IMG/VR virus record: IMGVR_UViG_3300010367_000168
Location: 1 to 64,000 of that record
Reading direction: 5' to 3' (one strand)
DNA from: a virus
DNA length: 64,000 nucleotides
Shown here: piece by piece, positions 27,109-35,769 of the stretch
How positions within the stretch are numbered: the first letter of the stretch is position 1
How the letters are laid out: the number at the start of each line of letters is the position of its first letter
Translations under genes and position numbers: made by a program
Notes under the pieces: generated by a model
What the model was told of the DNA's origin: nothing
Seen by the model: the letters and a program-made list of their open reading frames with translations, nothing else
Database searches by the model: none

Positions 27109-27825
27109 ATGATCTCTGCTGATCTGTTGAGCGCCCTGTGTCCCCAGGGCGAGGGGACCGTCATTGCCGGCCTGGCGCGATCGTTCGATTTGCTGCTGCC
27201 CGCCTTTACTCTCTCGACACCGCTCCGCCAGGCCCACTTTGTCGCCCAAGCAGCGGTCGAGACGGCCTATTTCCGGACCCTGCGTGAGTACGGCACCGGG
27301 CAGCGATACGCCCCCTACGTCGGCCGCGGGCCGGGGCAGCTCACCTGGGAGGCCAACTACGTCGAAATGGGCCGCCGCCTGTCGCTCCCGTTGAAGGCGC
27401 ACCCCGAGCTGGTGGAGGACCCGGCCCTCGGGACGGTGGTCTTCCTGATGTACTGGATGGATCACAACCTCAACCGTTACGCCGACGAGGACGATGGCCG
27501 GGCGATCTCGCGGGCCATCAATCGTGGCTCGGCGGCATCGGACAAGGCGGCCAACGCCGAGGCCGAGCGCCTCGCGATGGTTGCCAAGGCCAAGGCGCTC
27601 ATCGGAGGCGCTAGTGGGGGCGCCCCGCGCTCGCTAGCGGCGCTCCAGGTCGCGCTCAACAGACTTGGCGCGGCGCCCAAGCTGTCGGTCGATGGCCGCA
27701 TGGGCCCCGCTACCGAGGCCGCGGTAATCGATTTTCAGGCATCCCGAGGGCTGGTGGTCGATGGCAAGGCCGGCCCGGTGACATGGGCCGTCATCGACGA
27801 CGCCCTGGCCGAACTCGACGCCTAG
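27109..27825 (+). CDS. endolysin: GH19-like (chitinase-type) catalytic domain plus PG_binding_1 domain
   Basis: LRQAHFVAQAAVETAYFRTLREYG..YVGRGPGQLTWEANY (GH19 phage lysin signature) and a C-terminal LQVALNRLGA..LSVDGRMGPATEAAVIDFQASRGLVVDGKAGPVTW. Confidence 0.85.
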   Translation: MISADLLSALCPQGEGTVIAGLARSFDLLLPAFTLSTPLRQAHFVAQAAVETAYFRTLREYGTGQRYAPYVGRGPGQLTWEANYVEMGRRLSLPLKAHPELVEDPALGTVVFLMYWMDHNLNRYADEDDGRAISRAINRGSAASDKAANAEAERLAMVAKAKALIGGASGGAPRSLAALQVALNRLGAAPKLSVDGRMGPATEAAVIDFQASRGLVVDGKAGPVTWAVIDDALAELDA

Positions 27826-27842
27826 CTGAAAGGAGCGAGCCT

Positions 27843-28028
27843 ATGGCCCCTCTCCCGCTGCTCATGAATGTGATTGCGGCGGTGATCGTCGTCATCCTTT
27901 TGGTGTGGCTTATCAAGCAGATCCCGGTCGACCAATGGATCAAGAGCGCGTTGTACGTGCTGCTCGTCGTGATCCTGCTGGTGTGGCTGCTGGCGCTATT
28001 CCCGATCGTACATATCGGCATCCAGTGA
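27843..28028 (+). CDS. small two-TM membrane protein (holin candidate)
   Basis: 61 aa, AAAGGAG RBS, two hydrophobic helices. Adjacent to the endolysin. Confidence 0.5.
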   Translation: MAPLPLLMNVIAAVIVVILLVWLIKQIPVDQWIKSALYVLLVVILLVWLLALFPIVHIGIQ

Positions 28029-28037
28029 GGTGATCCC

Positions 28038-28226
28038 ATGGACTTCGGCAGGGTCTCAAAGGCAATAGCTGGGGCGTTCGCAGCCGGCATAGGTGGCGCC
28101 GGTACGAGTGCAATTGTGATCCCCGATGGCGTGACGATGCCGTGGTACGGCTATGTCCTAGTCGGGGCGCTCAACGCAGTGCTTGGGTTCGCGGTCGTCT
28201 ACTTCGCGCCGCGGAACACGGCCTAG
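28038..28226 (+). CDS. small membrane protein (holin/antiholin candidate)
   Basis: 62 aa, Gly/Ala-rich hydrophobic segments. Last gene of the plus-strand late block. Confidence 0.45.
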   Translation: MDFGRVSKAIAGAFAAGIGGAGTSAIVIPDGVTMPWYGYVLVGALNAVLGFAVVYFAPRNTA

Positions 28227-28465
28227 CGTTGGAAGGTGGAGCGCCTTGCGGGTGGTCTTCGGAGCCCTCGCTCGTGCTCCTTCAATGCGGCTCGCCTTTC
28301 GATCATCAACTCCTTGAGCCGCTCGCAAACCGGGTCCGGCACCTCGGCCAGCACCCTCCACTTATAAATTGTCCGACGATTGATCCCCAGCGCACGCGAC
28401 ATCGGAACTATCCAGTTGTCGCCAAAGAGGAGCGCCCCAGCCTTTTCTAAGTAATCGATGTTCAT
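28223..28465 (-). CDS. small HTH DNA-binding protein (Cro/YdaS-like)
   Basis: MSRALGINRRTIYKWR helix-turn-helix. The second ATG (28465) has GGAG at proper spacing. Convergent with, and 4 bp overlapping, the late operon end. Confidence 0.55.
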   Translation of the reverse strand: MNIDYLEKAGALLFGDNWIVPMSRALGINRRTIYKWRVLAEVPDPVCERLKELMIERRAALKEHERGLRRPPARRSTFQR

Positions 28466-28489
28466 TCGCATCTCCGCTGTAGACGAATC

Positions 28490-28520
28490 GCCCCGGTCCT
28501 AATGGCCGGGGCTTTTTTTT
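28490..28520 (+). terminator. rho-independent terminator of the late operon
   Basis: GCCCCGG-9 nt loop-CCGGGGC followed by T8. Confidence 0.65.
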
Positions 28521-28699
28521 GTGACCGAAATCCGCTGCCCATCGATGTTCTCGGCACGTTCAGGTTTCCTAATTCAGCCTGCCATCTGGGGCACCATTCT
28601 GAGCCCGCGAGGGCACACATGCGGGCCCGGCCACCTTACCAAAGACTGCCGCTTCGTTGTACTGCCTAATGCCACCCTGGTCCCCACGGTGACTGCGAA

Positions 28700-28721
28700 G
28701 GGGGCACATTTGTGTGCCCCC
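28700..28721. promoter_or_regulatory. perfect dyad GGGGGCACA-TTTG-TGTGCCCCC (operator family member)
   Basis: 9-bp arms read directly. Core GGGGCAC-N6-GTGCCCC matches the 7-6-7 family. Half-sites occur at 28611 and 28757. Confidence 0.45.
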
Positions 28722-29158
28722 TCCGTACACGGATGTGAGCCCTGCTGGAAAATGCCACAGGGCACAGTTTTGACTTTAATTCGGACCATTGAGCCAAATG
28801 CATATCATATGACGTGCCGGGTTGCGACTCCCCGCAGAGTCAAGGATATCCCCTTATAACTATTCCAATCCGCCGAGAATTTGAGCGCTCGTGGCAAATT
28901 CTTGGATGTATTCTTGGACAGCCCGGTGTTCTAGCAGAGTCGTCGGACCGTCACTTCACCCTAATTACAGGGTCCGCTCTGCCAGTACACTTTAACATGG
29001 CAATTCCAATGTTTACCGTCGTTCACAAAGACTCTGCCCGAAGGGGTTGCAATGGCCCGCGACTCCGGATTAACTTCTCAGAGGGAGGTTGTTCGTGCAA
29101 TTGATCGACCGATTTCTTGGTGTCCTACCCCGACCCCAAAAGGGCGGGGCAATAGCGA

Positions 29159-29190
29159 AGCGCGCCGGCAACGAACGCGCTCCTGTTTTT
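29159..29190 (+). terminator. weak terminator-like hairpin upstream of the dual-HTH gene
   Basis: AGCGCG-11 nt-CGCGCT followed by CCTGTTTTT. Confidence 0.3.
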
Positions 29191-29216
29191 CTCCAACGGA
29201 CATAGGAGGCGAAACG

Positions 29217-30992
29217 ATGCATCGAGCATCAGGGGAAACTTTGACTAAAATTGTTTCCAATTCTACCTTGACGATCCCTCAACGGCATTTGCGAACTGTC
29301 GATTTCCGGCCACTTTCACGACAGGAAGGCCAGGGGATGACATCAGGCGACGACGCATCCAACGATACCGCCATCGCCCTCGCGCTCAAGCGAGCGGCAG
29401 GCGCCAAGCTCTTGAAGCAGCACAAGAAACGTGAGGCGCGCGAGGCGACCAAGCAGGCTCGCCTAGACCGCCTCAAGGTCAAGCAACAGGCACCGGAGGA
29501 TCGCCCGCCTACGCCGATCCCGGCGCCGCGGACCGGTGCGGCGCTCCTGGTGGAGGCGCAGCATTTCCTCCAGGACAAGGCCCAGCGCGAGCAGCGCATC
29601 CGACAGCTCTCGGCCATAGCCATGGGGCGGGCCAGCACACCAGAGCCGGTCGTGACGCAGCGGCTACCGCCGCCCCCTCCATCGGGCCCCGATGATCCCC
29701 GCGTCCTGAATGGGACGCTGGCCCCATCACCGAAGGTCGCGGCGATCCTCAGGGCGAGCGTGTCCGAGGCAGCGACCCAAGCGGCGGCAACGAAGCCCCC
29801 GCGACCCGAGCAAACGGGCCGTCCGGAAGCGTGGCTGGAGGTGCTGCGATCCGGCACCCCGAGTCAAATCCTCGCCTGCCGGCGTGCGAAAGACCTCAAG
29901 GGGGACGATCTCGAAGCGTTCAACCGGGCGCGGCGGCGTGAGATCGATGCCGTCCTCGGCGGGCGGCGATTGAAGGATCTGTCTCCGGAAGAGATGCAGG
30001 CTTACAGCGCCGTGAAGGCGCGCCATCTGGCCCTCATGGTCGACCACCACGCTCCGCGGGCCGTGCGCAAGGGTGCCGCGCGTTGCGCAGTCGGGAGGGC
30101 GATCGACAAGCTCCGCCACGAGGCGGGCCTCACGGTCAGGCAGCTCGCCGAGCGGGCTGGTCTGTCGCGAAGCCGGCTGACCAATGCGATTGCTGGCAGG
30201 CAGCAACTCAGGCGAGACGAAGCCGCCCTGCTCGGACACTTCTTCAACGTCAACCCGGAGCCATTCATGAGCACCACCACCACGTCGAGCCCGCCCAAAA
30301 CCAAGCCGGCGCCCCTTGCGCTCAATGGCGTCACCCCGCCCAAGACGAACCCAGAGCGGCGGGGCTACAACGAGCAGCACGACCTGAACATTCTGTTGAA
30401 GCTGACCGAGCCGCGGGACGGCGACAGCCACTTCCAGGCCAGCCTTCGGCGGATCATGCGGGCCCGCGGGCTCATGGCGCAGCACGTGGCCAAGCTCTGC
30501 GGGCTGTCGGCAGACGTGCCCGGTCGGCTCCTGCGGACCGGGATGGCCCCGGCGCCGGCTACGCGCGAGAAGCTGATCAGCGGCCTCGGCGTTACCGAGG
30601 CGGAGCTGTTCGGCAGCGAGGAGCCGCTGGCGGAGGCGGCGCCCGTCCGGCCCCACGGGGTCGTCCAGGCCGAAGCACTCGCGCCTGTGGCCCAGGAGGC
30701 CGAGGGCGAACTCGCGCCCGACGAGGCTCGCGGCGCCGTCCTGGCAACGCCCATGGTGCCGGTCGAGATGGGTGTCCCGATGCCTCCGATCGTCCTGCGC
30801 TCCGACCGGTATCCGTGGACCATGCCCAAGGGTGGCAGCTTCAAGGCCGAGGTGCCGTTCGGCATGCCCTGGGCCACTTTCCGCAGCCGGTTCGTGAAGA
30901 TGATCGATCGCCAGAGCGAGAGCCTCGGTCACTGGTACTCGTTCGAGGAGGCCGAGGACCAGGGGTCGATCCGGGTGTGGAGGGTCATCTGA
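29217..30992 (+). CDS. large regulatory protein with two XRE-type HTH segments
   Basis: GGAGG RBS 7 nt before ATG 29217 (alternative ATG 29337). HTH-like LTVRQLAERAGLSRSRLTNAIAGRQQL and MAQHVAKLCGLSADVPGRLLRTG. Lys/Arg/Gln-rich and Pro-rich N-half. Unknown C-terminal domain. Confidence 0.5.
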   Translation: MHRASGETLTKIVSNSTLTIPQRHLRTVDFRPLSRQEGQGMTSGDDASNDTAIALALKRAAGAKLLKQHKKREAREATKQARLDRLKVKQQAPEDRPPTPIPAPRTGAALLVEAQHFLQDKAQREQRIRQLSAIAMGRASTPEPVVTQRLPPPPPSGPDDPRVLNGTLAPSPKVAAILRASVSEAATQAAATKPPRPEQTGRPEAWLEVLRSGTPSQILACRRAKDLKGDDLEAFNRARRREIDAVLGGRRLKDLSPEEMQAYSAVKARHLALMVDHHAPRAVRKGAARCAVGRAIDKLRHEAGLTVRQLAERAGLSRSRLTNAIAGRQQLRRDEAALLGHFFNVNPEPFMSTTTTSSPPKTKPAPLALNGVTPPKTNPERRGYNEQHDLNILLKLTEPRDGDSHFQASLRRIMRARGLMAQHVAKLCGLSADVPGRLLRTGMAPAPATREKLISGLGVTEAELFGSEEPLAEAAPVRPHGVVQAEALAPVAQEAEGELAPDEARGAVLATPMVPVEMGVPMPPIVLRSDRYPWTMPKGGSFKAEVPFGMPWATFRSRFVKMIDRQSESLGHWYSFEEAEDQGSIRVWRVI

Positions 30993-31342
30993 TGACCATG
31001 GCCGAGGCGGAGGGCTCCTGTCCCGCATGCGGTGCCTCGATGACCTTCACCATCGACCGCAGCGATGACGCCCCGCCCGAAGCCATGCAGGCGCTCAGAC
31101 TTGGGATCGCGGACTACGCGGCACACCAGGAACGCGTTCGGCGCATTAGGGCCGATCTGCGGCGCCTTCGGTTCGTCTTCTATCTGGCCGCCGGGGCCTG
31201 CACCGGGTCGGGCCTCGTCTACATGAACGGCAATGACATGATGTCGAAGTGGTACGCGGTGGCGGCCAGCGCGACGGCCGCGCTGGCGTGGTTTGCGGCG
31301 GCGACATGGGTGATTGATCTCAAGGAACGGACGATCCGCTGA
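30992..31342 (+). CDS. zinc-ribbon plus two-TM protein (116 aa)
   Basis: ATG overlaps the upstream stop. CPACGASM motif and hydrophobic C-half. Confidence 0.5.
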   Translation: MTMAEAEGSCPACGASMTFTIDRSDDAPPEAMQALRLGIADYAAHQERVRRIRADLRRLRFVFYLAAGACTGSGLVYMNGNDMMSKWYAVAASATAALAWFAAATWVIDLKERTIR

Positions 31343-31851
31343 TGCCAGAGACATCCTCCATCCAACCGGACATCCGAGAGCTGATCCTTGCAGACCTTCC
31401 GCACCATTGCGCGAGGCTCTGCGAAGAGATCCTCATCACGATGGATCAGCTGATGTTCTCCTTGGCAATCGTGGTCACGGAGACCGAGGTGCAGACGCTC
31501 ATGATCCCAGTCCCGACCAACGAGACCGAGGCTGCGGTTGCCAACGGGCTCAGACACCATCTGCAGCAGCACGGGGCTATCGCCTATGCCGTTTGCACGG
31601 AGGGCTGGCTCCGGTTCGCGGATACTGCGGGCCTGTCGGACCCAAAGCCCCCGAGCGAGCATCCGGACGGGGTCGAGGCCGTGATGATCATGGGCGAGGC
31701 GCTGGACGGCCCGTTCCATTGCGCGTTCCGCACGCTGCGCAACGAGACGGGGAAGGTCCGCGCCCTCGGCGATGATCTCGTGGCCGGTCGCGCGCCACCG
31801 AAGACCGGCCTGTTCATGGGCCTCCTCGCGCCGCCCCCGAAGCTGCACTGA
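31342..31851 (+). CDS. hypothetical protein, paralog A (169 aa)
   Basis: ORF track. Shares architecture with the 31866..32375 product (..AYAVCTEGW..PDGVEAVMIMGEALDG..). Confidence 0.55.
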   Translation: MPETSSIQPDIRELILADLPHHCARLCEEILITMDQLMFSLAIVVTETEVQTLMIPVPTNETEAAVANGLRHHLQQHGAIAYAVCTEGWLRFADTAGLSDPKPPSEHPDGVEAVMIMGEALDGPFHCAFRTLRNETGKVRALGDDLVAGRAPPKTGLFMGLLAPPPKLH

Positions 31852-31865
31852 GCGGAGATCTGACC

Positions 31866-32375
31866 ATGAGATTGAACCCGCTCACGGATGATCAGCGGCG
31901 CCGATTTGAAACCGACATCCTCGGCGTCGCGCTGGAGACGAGCGATGCCATCATGCGCAGGATTGGCGGGCTGACCGAGGGCGTCCTCGTCGCGCTCACG
32001 GCTAAGGGCGCTCTGATCGAAGCCGTCCCGATGCCACCCCACTTTGGCCATCGCACCGCCATTGCTGAATCGTGTCGGGGCCTTCTCCTGGCCAGCCGGG
32101 CAACGGCCTATGCCTTCGCCCATGAGGTGTGGACGCGGAGATCGACCAAGGAGGATCTAAACGAGCCTGTCGGAAACTTCGCCGACATGCCGGACAGCGA
32201 AGAGGCCGTGGTGATCGTCGGGCAAACCACGGACGGCAATTTCGGCGCGCACTACAACATCGTTCGATCGAGGCGCGACGACTTCAAGCGGCTTCGCCCT
32301 CGGGACGAAGGCGGCGGAAGGATGATCTACACCGGCATCTGGACCGATCTGCTCTATCGCCAGCAGGCGAGCTGA
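31866..32375 (+). CDS. hypothetical protein, paralog B (169 aa)
   Basis: ORF track. ..AYAFAHEVW..DSEEAVVIVGQTTDG.. aligns by eye with paralog A. Confidence 0.55.
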   Translation: MRLNPLTDDQRRRFETDILGVALETSDAIMRRIGGLTEGVLVALTAKGALIEAVPMPPHFGHRTAIAESCRGLLLASRATAYAFAHEVWTRRSTKEDLNEPVGNFADMPDSEEAVVIVGQTTDGNFGAHYNIVRSRRDDFKRLRPRDEGGGRMIYTGIWTDLLYRQQAS

Positions 32376-32397
32376 CAACACAAGGGAGGAAGGAGCG

Positions 32398-32718
32398 ATG
32401 GCCACCAAGAATCCAGATGGGTCAATTGGGCTCACTCCGGAAGAGGGCGCAGAGTTTTACGGGCATGCCAACGAGGCGCTCATGGCCGACATTGCAGCGG
32501 CGGCCAAGACCCACGGCGTGCATGCGATCAGCGTGTGCGCCATCACCAGCGATGTCGGCGTCCTGACCTTCTCGACCGGTGCTGATGTCGCGTGGAGGGA
32601 GATTGCGCGCGCCCTGGCCGTCAAGATGGGTGTCGACCTGAGCGAGATGCTCAAGGGCGGTGACCTGAAGATCCATGGCCGCGGCAAAGTCCGCCGGGCG
32701 CCGGGGAGCAGGCAGTGA
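32398..32718 (+). CDS. hypothetical protein (106 aa)
   Basis: ORF track, GGAGG-type RBS. No family recognised. Confidence 0.5.
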   Translation: MATKNPDGSIGLTPEEGAEFYGHANEALMADIAAAAKTHGVHAISVCAITSDVGVLTFSTGADVAWREIARALAVKMGVDLSEMLKGGDLKIHGRGKVRRAPGSRQ

Positions 32719-33038
32719 CCATCGCTGGCGAAATGACACCGGAGATGGCGCGCGCCCTCCAGTACGACGCGCAGAAGGCGGGCATCCTACCGATGTGGGT
32801 TGTGACCACGGGCACCAAGGACTTCGGCCATCGGTTCGTCGCCCGGCCCCATTTCGTCGGGGACGTGAGGAATGTCCAGATCGGGGGCGTCATCCAGACG
32901 GCGGCCGATACGCTTGCATCGGCGCGGTATCTCATCGCCGACACCCTGGAGGAGCTTCGCGGTCTCCTGCCCCCTGGCCTCGTCCGGATCAGCAGGGCCG
33001 AGCAGGACGACGCCGTGATCGTCGAGTCCTGGTTCTAG
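32715..33038 (+). CDS. hypothetical protein (107 aa)
   Basis: GTGA start/stop overlap. PMWVVTTGTKDFGHRFVARP..LEELRGLLPPGL..DDAVIVESWF recalls a small conserved family of unknown function. Confidence 0.5.
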   Translation: MTIAGEMTPEMARALQYDAQKAGILPMWVVTTGTKDFGHRFVARPHFVGDVRNVQIGGVIQTAADTLASARYLIADTLEELRGLLPPGLVRISRAEQDDAVIVESWF

Positions 33039-33049
33039 AGGGGAATGCC

Positions 33050-33247
33050 ATGGACAAGGAGATCCACGTGCTCATGGAAATCGACGGCGAGGCCGAGAGC
33101 GTGGTCGTGGCCAGCCTCTACGATGCCGGCGTCCACGCTGCTGCGTTCATCCGGAACCTCAGCCTGGAGAAGCATCTCGGAGCCGAGGTCAAGATCGAAG
33201 TCGAGATCTGCGCGGCGAAGCCTGCTGCCGGTTGGCCGGAGTTCTGA
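33050..33247 (+). CDS. hypothetical protein (65 aa)
   Basis: Internal ATG of a longer ORF with a GGGGAA RBS-like sequence. Acidic. Confidence 0.4.
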   Translation: MDKEIHVLMEIDGEAESVVVASLYDAGVHAAAFIRNLSLEKHLGAEVKIEVEICAAKPAAGWPEF

Positions 33248-33248
33248 C

Positions 33249-33725
33249 ATGGCCGAGGAACAGATCCTTCGCGGCGTGCCGAAGACCGTCCAAACCCTCT
33301 ACGACAAGTCGTCGTGGGGCCCCGGCCCCTGGCAGGACGAGCCCGACGACGTGCGCTGGAGCGATAGCGTCACCGGCCTTCGCTGCATGCTCCGACGCAA
33401 CCCGGCCGGCTTCTGGTGCGGCTACTGCGGGCTTCCTGGGAACCATCCCTGGGAACGCCTGAAAGCCGACGACATCCCGGCCGGCATTCATGGTGGGATC
33501 TCGATGAAGGGCATCGTCCAAGGCGATGGCGTTGGGCTGACCTGGATTGGGTTCGATTGCGGTGGGCCGAAAGATCTCAAGCCCGGCCTCGTCGGTGCGG
33601 GAAGAGGATGGTCTGGCGCGGTCTACCGGGACCAGCAGTACGCGACGACGCATGTGCTGCGGCTCTGCGTAGAGATCTGTCTCGCGACCGGCCCCGGCGC
33701 TTGGTGGGAAGGTGGCCGTGGCTGA
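33249..33725 (+). CDS. hypothetical phage protein (158 aa)
   Basis: GPWQDEPDDVRWSD..GLRCMLRRNPAGFWCGYCGLPGNHPW..IHGGIS is a pattern common in phage early regions. Function unknown. Confidence 0.55.
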   Translation: MAEEQILRGVPKTVQTLYDKSSWGPGPWQDEPDDVRWSDSVTGLRCMLRRNPAGFWCGYCGLPGNHPWERLKADDIPAGIHGGISMKGIVQGDGVGLTWIGFDCGGPKDLKPGLVGAGRGWSGAVYRDQQYATTHVLRLCVEICLATGPGAWWEGGRG

Positions 33726-34281
33726 ATTCTGCAATCAGTGCGCCGGCCCGATGGGCTTTGGCGGCGACTTCGCCGGCATCACCACCGACGAGGGATGGCG
33801 CGCCGGGCGCGCGGCTGCGGTCCTGTGCGAGGGGTGCGGGCCGACCCAGGTTGACCCCGCGGGCAACTGTGTCTCGCCGTACTGCTGGCACCGGCACGGC
33901 CTGCCGACAAAGGTCGGGACGCCCGAGGCGGACCGCATCCGCCGACTGCTGCTGCGGATCGACCATACCGTCAACCGAGCGGCGGACCAGACGCTTGTCC
34001 ACGCCCCGCTCGCCACGTTGTTGGAGGCCGAGGAGGTGGTGGAAGACCTTGGGATGCGGTTGGGCCTTGTGCCGCTCCCGCAGACCCGGCGCGCGGGTGA
34101 TATCAAGCCGGCCTGGCCGGCTCGTCAGATCGGGACGATGGATCGGTTTGCCTTGGCCATTGGCGATCTGCTGGACGCCTTCATCGCCGCGGGTGCGATG
34201 CCGGACGTGCTGGCCGAGGCGCTCCAGTTCGAGGCCGACCGGCTCATGGAACTCGATGCAAAGGAGGGGGAGACATCATGA
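33712..34281 (+). CDS. Cys-rich hypothetical protein (189 aa)
   Basis: ORF track. CNQC..CEGC..C..C cysteine pairs at the N-terminus. Confidence 0.5.
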   Translation: MAVAEFCNQCAGPMGFGGDFAGITTDEGWRAGRAAAVLCEGCGPTQVDPAGNCVSPYCWHRHGLPTKVGTPEADRIRRLLLRIDHTVNRAADQTLVHAPLATLLEAEEVVEDLGMRLGLVPLPQTRRAGDIKPAWPARQIGTMDRFALAIGDLLDAFIAAGAMPDVLAEALQFEADRLMELDAKEGETS

Positions 34282-34484
34282 TGCTGCCGTATCAGGACCG
34301 CGCACGGTTTGATGCTCAATTGGTTCTGGAGTTCCTGGACGGGTGTCCTCATCGCGGCCAAGCCCCGGAGCAGGGGTGGATTTCGCTGGCGAGGGAAGCC
34401 TGCCATCGGATCGCATTTCTCGAGGGTGCTGTCGCCGGGCTCGAAGCCCTGGCCGAGGCGCGCGACGGGAACTCCGCCGCATGA
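34278..34484 (+). CDS. hypothetical protein (68 aa)
   Basis: ORF track. Start overlaps the upstream stop. Confidence 0.45.
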   Translation: MMLPYQDRARFDAQLVLEFLDGCPHRGQAPEQGWISLAREACHRIAFLEGAVAGLEALAEARDGNSAA

Positions 34485-34717
34485 GCGCCGTCAAGAAGTG
34501 CCCCGTTTGCGAGATCGGCGAGATGGACGAGACCCTGCAGCAACAGGTCTTTGATCTCCGCGTCGGGCCGCGCCCGACCGATCTCGTATCGCTCGTGGCC
34601 GAGGACGTGCCGGTCATGACCTGTCGCCACTGCGGCGAGCAGCTCACCGACTGGCGCGGCGGCCGAGCCCAGGAGCGCGCGGTGGCGGCCTATCGCAAAG
34701 CGGCCCGCGGGGAGTGA
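34481..34717 (+). CDS. YgiT/MqsA-type zinc-ribbon protein (78 aa)
   Basis: CPVCEIGEM...VMTCRHCGEQL, ATGA overlap. Confidence 0.45.
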   Translation: MSAVKKCPVCEIGEMDETLQQQVFDLRVGPRPTDLVSLVAEDVPVMTCRHCGEQLTDWRGGRAQERAVAAYRKAARGE

Positions 34718-34721
34718 GGCG

Positions 34722-34910
34722 ATGAGCCCATACATCGAAGATCTGCTGCGACGCATGGACGCCTACGTGAAGGTCGAGAGCGCGCGGCTTGGCGAGGGCG
34801 CGACCTATCACCCGATGCATCCCGTGACTCTCGTGGCCGAGGCCAAGGTCGCACTGCGGGCGGCAGAGATGCTCGCCGAAAAGAAGGGGTTGGGAGAATA
34901 CATCCAATGA
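34722..34910 (+). CDS. hypothetical protein (62 aa)
   Basis: ORF track. Confidence 0.45.
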   Translation: MSPYIEDLLRRMDAYVKVESARLGEGATYHPMHPVTLVAEAKVALRAAEMLAEKKGLGEYIQ

Positions 34911-35131
34911 ACGATCGACCCACGTCGGAAGACATCGCCGACATGCTCATCTCCATGGAGCAGGCCGGCTGGCACCGGAAGGGCTACGCGATGACGCGCG
35001 GTCGCTACGAGGCCATCGTCGGCATCGACGGCAGCATCTTTGTGAGGGGCCCCGACGAGGAGGGACCGAAGTCGGTCGACGAGCTTCTCCGCCCGGTTTC
35101 CGGAGACGGGAAGTGGGACCACGATGCGTGA
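34907..35131 (+). CDS. hypothetical protein (74 aa)
   Basis: ORF track, start/stop overlap. Confidence 0.45.
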   Translation: MNDRPTSEDIADMLISMEQAGWHRKGYAMTRGRYEAIVGIDGSIFVRGPDEEGPKSVDELLRPVSGDGKWDHDA

Positions 35132-35441
35132 GCACCTCTTGGCCGACCGCCGTGTGGTGGAACGCGCCTGGCCGATCGTCATCGTCCAGGACCGATACGG
35201 GGGCGCCTATAGCGGCGGCGCTTGGCTGGCCATCGCCAAAGGCGACGAGATGGAAGTCGAAACCTTCGGCGCTAGCCGCGTTATGTGCTGCCTCAAGGCC
35301 GGTCCGCACGGCAGCGACACCGACGCGATGGCGTTCTGGCTTTTCCCGCCGGAATGGATCGCGGCCGGGGCCACGCCCAACGAGGCGACGATGGCGCTTA
35401 TTGAGAAGCTGTCCGCCACGCCGGGAGGTGACGATGCTTGA
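35124..35441 (+). CDS. hypothetical protein (105 aa)
   Basis: ORF track. The IVIVQDRYGGAYSGGAWLA pattern is seen in phage proteins of unknown function. Confidence 0.5.
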   Translation: MREHLLADRRVVERAWPIVIVQDRYGGAYSGGAWLAIAKGDEMEVETFGASRVMCCLKAGPHGSDTDAMAFWLFPPEWIAAGATPNEATMALIEKLSATPGGDDA

Positions 35442-35769
35442 TGCCGGACGACTGCATCGGTGGCTCGAAAATCTGGCGCTCGCCAATGTGCAGGAGTTCA
35501 CGCTCTCGGATGACGCCCGGCTTTGGCGAGGGCTGGCGCCCTACCTTTACACCCTGGCCATCGTTCAGGCCCCGGTCCTGACCTACGACATTGATCGCTG
35601 GTGCTTCGACGACCCGGAGCTGGCGCGCCGATGCTTGGCCGCCTGGGACGGCCGCGGCGATCCGCCGGACGGATGGATCAAGCACGTCAACACGAACCGG
35701 TGCCGCCTCAACGGCGACCCGACCAAGGAGACCATCGGATGGCCCGAGCCGGTATTACGATCCCGTTGA
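35434..35769 (+). CDS. hypothetical protein (111 aa)
   Basis: Internal ATG overlapping the upstream stop region. Confidence 0.45.
   Translation: MLDAGRLHRWLENLALANVQEFTLSDDARLWRGLAPYLYTLAIVQAPVLTYDIDRWCFDDPELARRCLAAWDGRGDPPDGWIKHVNTNRCRLNGDPTKETIGWPEPVLRSR

Noticed and set aside
28521-28859. 112-aa ORF in the lower-GC island.
   Set aside because: Atypical Cys/Pro/Thr-rich composition and no RBS. It is crossed by operator dyads, and its GC pattern differs from that of the coding regions.
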